This document shows positions 14,156 to 64,000 of a stretch of 64,000 nucleotides of DNA, piece by piece. Origin of the DNA: Octopus vulgaris (Eukaryota); contig OX597837.1 of NCBI GenBank assembly GCA_951406725.2, positions 47,616,001 to 47,680,000 of the forward strand. Direction: 5' to 3'. Each line of letters starts with the position of its first letter. Position 1 is the first letter of the stretch. A program made the position numbers and the translations under genes. A model generated the notes under the pieces. The model was not told where the DNA came from. It did not search any database and saw nothing but the letters and a program-made list of their open reading frames with translations.

Positions 14156-14350
14156 GAGTGAGAGAGCAGTGCATGCCATCAAAGTGACACTGGGGTAAAA
14201 TATACGAAGTCCAGTATACCCATCATGACTACCCGTCTGATAAGGCTACACTAGGCACATGCATCACAACCATGTGAGCGCGGCATGGTGATCTCATATC
14301 AAAATAAACAGCACATGACCTTGCAGGTGGGGGGGCAGTTAGAATTTTCT
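14156..14350 (-). mobile_element. Short interspersed repeat (probable LINE 3' UTR) embedded in (TAA)n
   Basis: Non-repetitive block gagtgagagagcagtgcatgccatc... flanked on both sides by (TTA)n; recalled as a common octopus repeat, not verified. Confidence 0.5.
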
Positions 14351-14375
14351 TATTATCATTATTATTATAATAATA

Positions 14376-14407
<32 letters not shown>

Positions 14408-14471
14408 CATTATTATTATAATAATAATTATTATTATTATTATTATTATCATTATTTCGTTTCTCTTTCAG

Positions 14472-53896
<39,425 letters not shown>

Positions 53897-54312
53897 AAGA
53901 AGCGAATTCTGCCGTCTCCGTGAGAGTGATGGTTTGCAGGAGTTACCTCCCTTACAAACAATTAAAGTAGAGTAATCTCCCTTGAAAATAATTACTTCCC
54001 GTTTACTAAAGGGAAGTTTTTATTAGTTATTTTTTGTCCCCTTCTGGTTCCATCTTTCGTTTAAGGTGGAAACTGAGAAAACAGTAACAGTTTCACAGAC
54101 TTCGACCTGTTAAGCAGGTCATGACCTTTTCGAGAGAGATTTTCGAATTGATGTGCATTTTTCTTTCACATCTTAAACACCACTACATAATAGTGTCGTG
54201 GCAACATCACGTCTATGCACAGTCGAATACAGATCATTCCGTACATGCCGCTCCATGCATAGGTATGTGTACATGTATACATGCATACATACATGCATGC
54301 ATGCATACATAT

Positions 54313-54349
<37 letters not shown>

Positions 54350-54446
54350 ACGAAGGCAGAGACGACGACAGAAGTATATACAAGCATACACAACTCATAC
54401 TGGCATAGAGTTAAATATACATACATGCATGCATACATGCATGCAT

Positions 54447-54485
<39 letters not shown>

Positions 54486-54541
54486 TACATACATACATAC
54501 ATACATACATACATACATACATACATACATACATACATACA

Positions 54542-54574
<33 letters not shown>

Positions 54575-54595
54575 GCATGCATGCATGCATGCATG

Positions 54596-54841
54596 ATGGC
54601 TGCCCCCTCGTTATCGAGTATGGCCATTGCACGAAGCTTAACTGTTACTGGTGCTGTGATCGAATGTGACTTTTTAGCCCAGCCAAAGATCTACAATGTC
54701 TTGTACAGAATTGGCAACTAATACCTTTGCCTGTAATAGCCGGCTGTAGTTGTAACTGGGCTTCATGTACCTTTGCATGTTGTTTAAGTCCTCCTGCCGA
54801 ATTACACTCTCTTCCACATGCCTGACAGATATGATTAGTAT
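54596..54841 (-). mobile_element. Second, inverted copy of the same RTE 3' end (246 bp)
   Basis: Reverse complement of 53262-53507 with 4 substitutions. Confidence 0.9.
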
Positions 54842-54877
54842 ACATACATACTCAGTCTATAAACATATTCGTTATAA

Positions 54878-54883
54878 AATAAA
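54878..54883 (+). terminator. Candidate poly(A) signal for the distal 3' UTR
   Basis: AATAAA about 1 kb after the stop, followed by ctttgtacat. Confidence 0.35.
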
Positions 54884-55014
54884 CTTTGTACATATCATTA
54901 TATTAACATAGATATGAAGACACGATGAAGAAGCAAAGAAGGGAGCGAGAGAAGGGAAGAAAAGAAAGGCTTAGGGAGCGGAATAGCCAAAAGAAATAAG
55001 TAACAGAGAAGACT

Positions 55015-55057
<43 letters not shown>

Positions 55058-55328
55058 TTTATTTCATAATAATATATATCAAAATAAACTACGGTCATAG
55101 ACGAAAGAAAAAGCAATCCATGTAACAGAATTTATATATATAGGGAGAGTTTACGAAAAAAAAACAAAAGACGAAGACAGGTGATGTACAAACAAACAGA
55201 TGTATTAGTATAACACTCAGGAATAGAAAAAGTATTTTATGTTTCGAGCCTACGCTCTTCTACAGAAAGGGACACAGAAAAAACAAGGAGAGACAAAAAT
55301 GTGTGTAGTGGCTAACGATCTATCATGG

Positions 55329-55425
<97 letters not shown>

Positions 55426-55531
55426 CATATATATATATCGTCAATGTGAATACGAAACCATTGGTCACTCTATGACCGGACATTAAACTAATTACTTTAT
55501 GTCTTTGTGTGTGTGTGTATGCATATATACA

Positions 55532-55593
<62 letters not shown>

Positions 55594-56519
55594 TCGATAT
55601 CTAATGAAGATATATCGGTTACTTTTTCACAATATGGCCTTTACAATTTGGAATGTTCTAACGAAAGATATCCTACTCTACTCACTCTTATTCTGCAGTC
55701 CCCAGACCTCCTTCCCTATCTCTCTCCCCTGCGCTACATATCTGTCTTTTTGTAGTTATATAGTTCTACCTCGCCCTTATCCCTTAACCACGCCTGTCTA
55801 GGTCTCCCCCTCCCTACATAGCATCACTCAACTGCTACTAGCTAGCTCTAGCTAATCCTCATCCTTAAAGCACTCAACTTCTTATCAAGGCCTTCCTTCA
55901 GCTCTTACGCATTGCTTTACTCAGCCACTCAGGAAATCTGTTGAGGAATCGAGAGCAGAAACTATACAAATCATACCCGACTACATTTCTTTTTACTTAT
56001 AAAAACAAAGGATGCATCGGATAATATAGTCGTGTGGTATATTTTACCTGGAGAAATATAAACAGGATGATTATTAGCGGAAGGTCTGCTCGATCTGGAT
56101 CGACTTGGTGACAAACAACAACTAACGACGTTAATATTTACTGCCATACAAAAGAAGTTTAGATTTGCTCGATCAGAGCCGAGTTGGGATGGCGTAACAA
56201 ACCGACTTGGACACAATACAAACTGTTTCACTCTTTTTTCGTCTTTTGTAACCTTCAAATATATATTTTTCTCACTTTCATATTGTAACTAATAAACATC
56301 ATTGATATATTCTATTCTTTCGTTTTCTTTGTTTTCCATTTGTGTCTTTCGTCGTTCGAAAAAATAGTTCATATTCCATGTACTCGTACTTCGTATTTTT
56401 TGTTCTACACGTTCGTGACGTCCTGTGCCTACATATGCATTACACACACACACACACACACACACATACATATATATATCTATACATACATACATATATA
56501 TATACATATATAAATATAT

Positions 56520-56550
<31 letters not shown>

Positions 56551-56564
56551 CATACATATATATA

Positions 56565-56600
<36 letters not shown>

Positions 56601-56702
56601 CATATATATACATACATACATATATATATATACATACATATATATATATATATACACATACATATATATATACATACATATATATATATATACATACATA
56701 TA

Positions 56703-57770
56703 TAACGGGAAGCTTTATGAAAATAAACAAAAGACGAAGGCAGGTGGAAAACAAACGAACAATTGTATTAGTATGGCGCTCAGGAAATATAAATAAAACA
56801 AGTCTTTAACGTTTCGAGCCTACGCTCTTCAACAGAAAGATACACAGAGAGAAAAAAACACAGAAAGAAGGAGAGAAAAAAAATGCGTGCAGTAGCTAAC
56901 GAATCAACATGGCGATCTGATTTCGGCCAGAGGTCAAAGATCAAACATGAGACGCGAGAGCGAAATAAGGGGAGATAATAGGGTTGATAATAGGGTTGAA
57001 GGACCAGCTAATAGTGCGTAGGAGGGGTCTGGATGTGTGTATGTATAGGGTTGGTGTATGTATTAGTATGTATAAGGGTGTGTGTGTGTGTGTGTGTGTA
57101 TGAGAGAGTATAAGTGCGTATGCGGGGTCTGGACGTGTGTATGTATAGGGTTGGTGTATGTATTAGTATGTATTAGTATGTATTAGTACGTATTAGTATT
57201 AGTTGGTGTATGTATTAGTATGGCACATCATATGTGATGTGATGTGTAAAGTCGTGTGGTGTAGTGAGGAGAAGAGGGGGAGGGGGAGAGAGAATGGGAG
57301 GGGAAGGAGAGGGGGAAGAGGAGAGGGGGGAGAAGGAAGGGGAGGAGGGGGATGAAGGAGAAAAGAGGGAGAGGGGGAGAGAGAAGGGGAGAGAGGGAGT
57401 GAGGGAGCAGAGGGAAGGGAGAAAGAGGGAAGAAGGGAAGGGGAGTAGGGGTGAAAGGATGAAGGACTGAAGAAGTAGGGGTCGGGGGGAAAGGATAGGT
57501 GAGGAGGGGGAGAGGGGGTTAGATGAGGAGGGGGTGAGAGTTGAGACCAAATGGCGTATAAGAGCGAAGAGAGAAGATTAATTCCTGTTCACGGCGCAAA
57601 CGGGAATCCGGATGGCCTCTGTGTAAGGACAAACCGAACACAGATAGGTGTTGCAAGGAGTGACCGGTGGAGCGGAAATGGCGTGAGACCGGTGTGTCGT
57701 TCGCAAGGTGGATGTCACGAAGGTGTTCCGCGAACCGGTCAGCCAAGCGGAGTCCCGTTTGTCCGATACA
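56703..57770 (-). mobile_element. Penelope-like element 3' part (GIY-YIG C-terminus, purine tract, hammerhead-like pLTR)
   Basis: [15 protein letters not shown]...PVSRHF...H...[18 protein letters not shown] is the PLE GIY-YIG tail; hammerhead-like motif at 56803-56840; flanked by (TA/TACA)n. Confidence 0.85.
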
Positions 57771-57913
57771 TATATATATATATATACATACATATATATA
57801 TATATATACATACATATATATATATACATACATACATACATATATATATATATACATACATACATATATATATATACATACATACATATATATATATACA
57901 TACATATATATAT

Positions 57914-58066
<153 letters not shown>

Positions 58067-58328
58067 AAAAAACATGTGTAGTGTTTTATCTACGTTGTAG
58101 ATAGATTAAAAGTTTCAATAGTTGTTGATGTTGGTTCATAAGATTTTAGAAAATAAAAGATAAAACGTCCTCGTAAAAGCATTTAAGAAATCGAGGTTAA
58201 GTGGAAAACATATAAATAGACAATTATTAAGTAAATTACTGAAGACAAAAGGGTAATTATAATGTTTGTAAGTGTACAAAAGTGGAACGTATGTACATTT
58301 TGTTTAATAATGAAATAAATATAACAGA

Positions 58329-58704
58329 TCTCTCTCTATATAAAGCTGAAGTTGTCTGTGTATGGCAGGTTTGGTAGCCTTCAACTAACACTATCTCCTC
58401 CGAGACCCTGCAGCGCAAGTTGACCAAAATTGAGAGTATGATAGAAGAAGGCTTGCTCTTCCTTCTGTAGAAGAAAAAATTTAAATCGGACCATATTAAC
58501 ACCAAAAAGGTGCTTTTTTTCTATGAAAATCCCTATTTTTTACGATTTTTTTACTGCTGTGTCAGCATTTTTCGGTGTATTTCAACCAGAAAAATGTTCA
58601 CTTAAAGAGAATAACAAGCTACATAATGCAAAATTTTTACTTTTCAAAAATTCCAATTCTAAAGGGTCGAAACAAACCCGAGCAACACCAAGCAATACTG
58701 CTAG
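58329..58704 (+). mobile_element. Non-autonomous Helitron
   Basis: A|TC...TATATAAAG start, degenerate subterminal hairpin (cccgagcaacaccaagc) and CTAG|T end. Confidence 0.65.
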
Positions 58705-59673
58705 TTATTGTATAAAGTTGAGATAAGTTGGTATTGGAGTTCTTGAATATTATAATTTAAAATTTGAGAGATCTATGGAATAAATTTATACTAATATCAT
58801 GGTATTAAATATGGTTTACATGTTTATCATCATTATTTTAATAAATAAGCATGCCAATATCATGGGATTAAAATGTGGGTTATATGGGTATCCTTAATAA
58901 GGAAAAGTACAAGTGGTGGATTATTGAATATGCTGCAGAGAACTAATATATAATTTGTAATTTCAATGTTAGTACATCTACTGATAAGGAGTAAAAAAAA
59001 TAGTGCAATTGACCGAGAAGAGGATGTTATGTATTATTACACTGAGTTAAGAATAAATTTTAGAGTTCAAAATAAAAATTGAATATTGGTGAGTTAGTTA
59101 AAATAATGGGAATAAAAATAGGGGCTATGGTGTTTTATATGGAGTATAAGTATAGTGGGATTAGCAATGAAGGGGTTATTATATATTATTGTATTATGAT
59201 AAGGTAAGTTTGGGATTAAATTTTGAAGTTCATAATAAAAATTCATATTAACGGGTTAATTAAGGATTATGGGAATAAAATATGGGTGTTATAATTATGC
59301 ATCTAGTAAGAATAATATGTAGATGGTATTTTAGATACTAATTATTCTACATGAACATTAAAAAGCAGGATTTACATCTAACATCACTTGAAAGGTGATG
59401 ATCTGACCCTATTGAAACATATGTAGATTTCTTTTGTTGATTCTGATCCTTTAAATCTCAAATCCTATATGGATTACCTTTTTTCATTGTGATACTATTA
59501 AAATTAACCAAGTATCCACTATATTTCTTCTCCATTTTCTTTTATTAACTTTCATTATTGGACAGTTTATCCATATATATTGCAGAACTTTCAATATATT
59601 TGATAGCACCAGTTGACATCCAGACTTTTTAAAATAAATCCCTTACAAGGAAATTACATCCTCCATATTTGAA

Positions 59674-59721
<48 letters not shown>

Positions 59722-61597
59722 CAGGCTTCTCTCAGTTTCCATCTGCCAAATCCACTCACAAGGCTTTGGTCAACCCAAAGCCATAGCAGATGCTATGCAG
59801 TGAAACTGAACCCAGAAATCCTGTGGTTGGGAAGCAAGCTTCTTACCACACAACCACTCCATGCTCCAGTATGGCCAGAGTCAAATGACTGAAACAAGAT
59901 AAAAGAAGATATATCTGCAGTGAAAGAAGTTCTCATACCAAATAATAATCTTTATACTGTTCTATAGTTTATACAGCAAATGGGAACCGGTATTAAGGAA
60001 GGACAGGAGAATATTAGATTTATAAGCCCTAAAATTCACACCATAGTTGCCTACAAGCATAAGGCATAGTGGTTAAGTGCACAGACTACTAACCCCAAGA
60101 TTCCAAGTACAATCCCAAGCAGTGACCTGAATAAAAATAACAACATTGAAAAATACCTTAGGTTCGAAATTTCACCAAGGCACTTGATGAAGGCTGGAGG
60201 GTATATTAGCCAAAACGTGTTAACATCAAACAAGATGAGGACAAATATCTGTCAAATGTAAATAATCTTTATATCCACCTTAATGAGAATGTCTTGTTAG
60301 AACACCAGATATTGTTATTAGCTTGAGAGATCCTCTAACAAAGGTGCTTGGTGCATAAAAGTAAGCATTTTATATATATATACACACACATCACTGAATC
60401 AAGCAAACTATCAGACATCATTACTTGGTGGGGTACGTTGCAATTCTTTGCATTCTTATGGCTTTCAAATGATGCTGGTGAGGCAAGGAGGCCAACCTTT
60501 CCACTGCATGGAACACCACTCCATCACAGGCTAGACCGACCCTGATCTTGTGATTAAGAGCACAACACCCCAGCCACTAAGTCACGTGCTTTCACATACA
60601 CACACACACACGTGCGCGTGTGTGAGAGATAGGCTTCTTTCAATTTCCGCCTGCCAAATTCATTCACAAGGCTTTCGTCAGCCTGGGACTATAGTAGAAA
60701 CATTTGCCCAAGGTGCCGTGCAGTGGAACTGAACTCAAAACCATGTAGTTGGTAAGCAAACTTCTTACCACACAGCCAAGCCTGCACTTATCTGTAATAA
60801 TGAAAAGATTTCTTCACCAAAAAGCAAGAAACAGCTTAAAAAAGAGAACAAAACTAATTTTTAAGTGCCATTAATGAAGAGCAAATCTACTTCCAATCTC
60901 AAAAGTCTGTTGACTCCAGAGTTGACCTCAACTAAATCACAACCTTTTAAATAAAGTAGGAAGTACAGGTGGAAGCAGCTTGCAAAAGCCTGAAACCTTT
61001 TCACATAATCCAGCTGTGACTGCTTCGATTCTATGAAACAAAACCATTGTTTTTAAAATGTTTATGTTTAAATTGTCAACATTTTATAGCAGAATACATT
61101 TATGCTCAAAACTGGGGTCTCCTAACAGTAACAAAGTTAATGTATGAGATTCTTTCAAATCCTTAAATATTTTCAAAATTAATTCAAACCTTTAGGAAGC
61201 AAATATCATGAAAAATATGATAAGAAAAGAGTAAATATTTAATAATTTATTGGTTTAAACATTTACAAAGCTTTCATGAAGACAGGAATTTTTAACCAAA
61301 TGGTTGAATGTCACAGTGAATGTAGTCAACTTGAGCCGTAGAGACAGTTCTTCTGGAAGTGTAACAGACTGTAGGACTCTCTGAAATTGTACTGGTATTG
61401 AAGCTGTAAATGGAGACAAAAATCAATATTTGGAAAATCAGAAAAGGTTTTAAGGGGTTCATCCCTTTAACATCTATTTTTCCCTGTCTGCATGGATCAG
61501 ATAGAATTGGGCAGCTTTTCAATGGCTGGATGCTCTTCCTGTCCTCAACCCTCACTCATTTCCAAATAAGGAAATATTTTCCCCGAATCCTTTAAAC

Positions 61598-61806
61598 CAA
61601 TGGTTCCCAACTGTTTTTGCCTCTGGACCCCTTTATTTCTTTCAAAAAATCCCATTTATGTTTTTATATTATTAGAAATTGTATAAAAAAATAAATTAGC
61701 ATTTTGTGTATTGAAGTAAAACCAATTTACTGTGCATAAATTTTAACCTGAAAAAAATCTTAAATGGACCCCCAAAGGTGAAATGGACCCTGATTGAGAA
61801 GCACTG
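61598..61806. mobile_element. hAT (Charlie-type) MITE
   Basis: TIRs CAATGGTTCCCAAC...GATTGAGAAGCACTG with 8-bp TSD ctttaaac/cttcaaac. Confidence 0.8.
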
Positions 61807-63031
61807 CTTCAAACATGGAGAAGCTCAACAGCCGGACATGTTTTCATGGAAGATTGCATACAACTAACAGCACTTATATAAACAAACATTAAATTTGTTT
61901 ACAGGGTGAAAGTGTGAAAACAAATGGAAAACACCAGAGATGCACAGCCACACAATTTTTGCTTCTAGATTTGCTTTTTGAAAATATATCATCATCATCA
62001 TCATCATCATCATCAACATTTAACATCCATTATCCATGCTGGCATAGGTTTGACAGTCTCACCAGGGCTGGCAAGCTGAGGGGTTGTACCAGATTCCAGT
62101 CTGATTTCACGTGGTTTCTATGGCTGGATGCCCTTCCTAACACCAACTACTCCAAAAGTGCAATGGGTGCTTTTACGTGCCACCAGCATGGGTGCCAGTT
62201 GCGTGCCACCAGTCTCTGCCACAATTACGATTTCACTTGGCTTGACGGGTCTTCTGCTCAAGCAGAGCATATTGCAGAAGAAGGGCTCAGGCTCAATCGT
62301 TTGTCATTGCCTCCGTGAGCCCCAACAATTCAAAGTGCTTTTTATGTGCCACCAGCACAGGGGCTACTTGCACAACACTGGCAACCTTTACACTAAAACT
62401 CATTTTACTCCTCTTACTATCACTCATTTTCTGTTAAAAGACTCCTCCTTCAATACAATATCAAAAAAAAAATCATTGTGAAGTGGTGGCCAGCAATGGA
62501 ACTGAAATGATGGTTAAATGTTGATCAGTGATTGTGGAGTGTATTGGCGACCAACAGTTAGTGAAAGGGTTACCTTAATTTAGTGACATTGTGAACAGCA
62601 ACTGTGAAATAGTTAGCATGGTAAATGGAGTGACTACCAGTGGCATTTATGTGGCTAAGAGCAGAAGTGGAATGGTTTATTATATACTTACATTATCATA
62701 CCATCGAGACAAATGAAGAAACTTTTCTTTCTCTTGGAATGTTAATTCACTCTGTTAAAGAAAATAATAATAATAATAATAATTCCAAATTTTGGCACAA
62801 GGCCAGCAATTTTGGAGAAGGGGTAAGTCAATTACATTGGCAACAGTCCTCAACTGGTATTTATTTTATTGACCCCGAAAGGATGAAGGGCAAAGTTTAA
62901 GATATCTTTGACATATTTTAAGAGCTAATGGCAAATTCACTGCAGTTAACATGGAGAAGAAGTTCTCACTCTTGGCAAAAGATGTAAAAACGCCATATTT
63001 TTTCAGTGTGTTCCCCTAGCAGACGTCTTAA

Positions 63032-64000
63032 CCCTTTCGATACCAAACCGCCCAAAACCGCCCGAAAAAAATTTTGGTTAATCCGCCCGAATTTACCTGT
63101 TCATATTTAAATGAGAATATCAGAGCAAATCTCTTTAGTACATTCGTGAAAACACGTATTACACTTCATAAACAGTTCAACTACAGTTTTGTACAAAAAT
63201 CGAAGTGTAATTTTAATTCCGTGAATTTTGGGAGATTTTTTTCCAAAATTTGTTCCTATTGTGTTTTCAAAATTTGTAATTCTGACAAAAAATGGATACG
63301 AATTTCATGATATCAAGCAGCGAGTCAGAATTCGAAGGATTTTCTACTGAAGACCTTGATAAATCTAACTCTATGACTGAAAAAAAAAAGCATGTGGTAT
63401 TTGATAATGAATCTGATGTTTCATTTTCCGAAAGTGAAAACAGTGAATCCGAGAGCTCCGACAGCGATAAAGAAAATGAATTGGCACCTGAATGGAGTGA
63501 AAATTTAAAAACTGTTTCTTTCGGTGATTTTTCTGAAGAAACTGGACCAAGCCACAGACTTTCCCAGAAGAGTAAAGCCTTAGACTATTTCTTTTTACTT
63601 TTTCGAATGAGCCTATTTGAAATCATTACGGCGGAAACGAACCGTTACGCTAAACGTAAACAAAACGAAAGAAAGGATAGTTTGTCGTTTGCCACAACCT
63701 TAAATGAAATTAAGACTATTTTGCCATAAATATTATTATGGGTATCAGAAAGTTACCCAGAATAACAAATTCTATTGTAAAATTTTGTTGTATACCCAAT
63801 TGAATATTAGCTAATAACCCATTTTCTATAGCGATGTTTGAACAAAATTTTAATAATTTTATATATTGTTGAATTTACCTGTATCTACCTGCAATTAGAG
63901 TCACTTTGTGACAAAAATTATAGTCTAGAATTGGTTGAGAACATTTCATTAAATTATCTTCCAAAATTCATGTTAATATATTGATAAATAAAAAAGTTAT
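63032..64000 (+). mobile_element. piggyBac-like element (left end and truncated transposase), continuing past the window end
   Basis: TTAA at 63028-63031 followed by CCCTTTCG. ORF 63292-63729 has an acidic N-terminus and DYFFLLF...IITAETNRYA...TTLNEIK, with a frameshifted continuation YFAINIIMGIRKLPRI. Confidence 0.85.

Noticed and set aside
57264-57550. Glu/Gly/Arg-rich ORF or standalone G-quadruplex element
   Set aside because: It is the purine tract within the Penelope 3' region and is explained by that element.

Overview
AT-rich, microsatellite-dense eukaryotic DNA whose SINE and repeat repertoire suggests an octopus (coleoid cephalopod); this is an inference. The main feature is one multi-exon + strand receptor tyrosine kinase gene, reconstructed by hand from GT-AG sites and reading phase. 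It has 7 Draper/MEGF10/SCARF-type EGF exons (14472-22754), a TM exon (24830-24999), 7 Tie-type kinase exons (25925-35987) and a Tie-like C-terminal exon 17.8 kb downstream (53822-53896). These give about 698 aa with no internal stop. The first (signal peptide) exon is only tentatively placed at 10555-10630. A candidate proximal last exon (36246-36284) would replace the YMN/YERI tail with a YTPM tail. The distal last exon is bracketed by two near-identical inverted 246-bp LINE fragments that could fold it into a dsRNA loop. Introns and flanks carry a GC-rich Tx1-type LINE inserted in (GATA)n, an R4/Dong-type LINE remnant with a 5' inversion, many Penelope remnants with minimal hammerhead ribozymes (including a recurring CUGUNGA core variant), mariner, piggyBac, hAT, pogo and Helitron remnants, tRNA-derived SINEs, long palindromes and a 2.4-kb purine/pyrimidine-alternating minisatellite. 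Most ORF-track entries are microsatellite artefacts.
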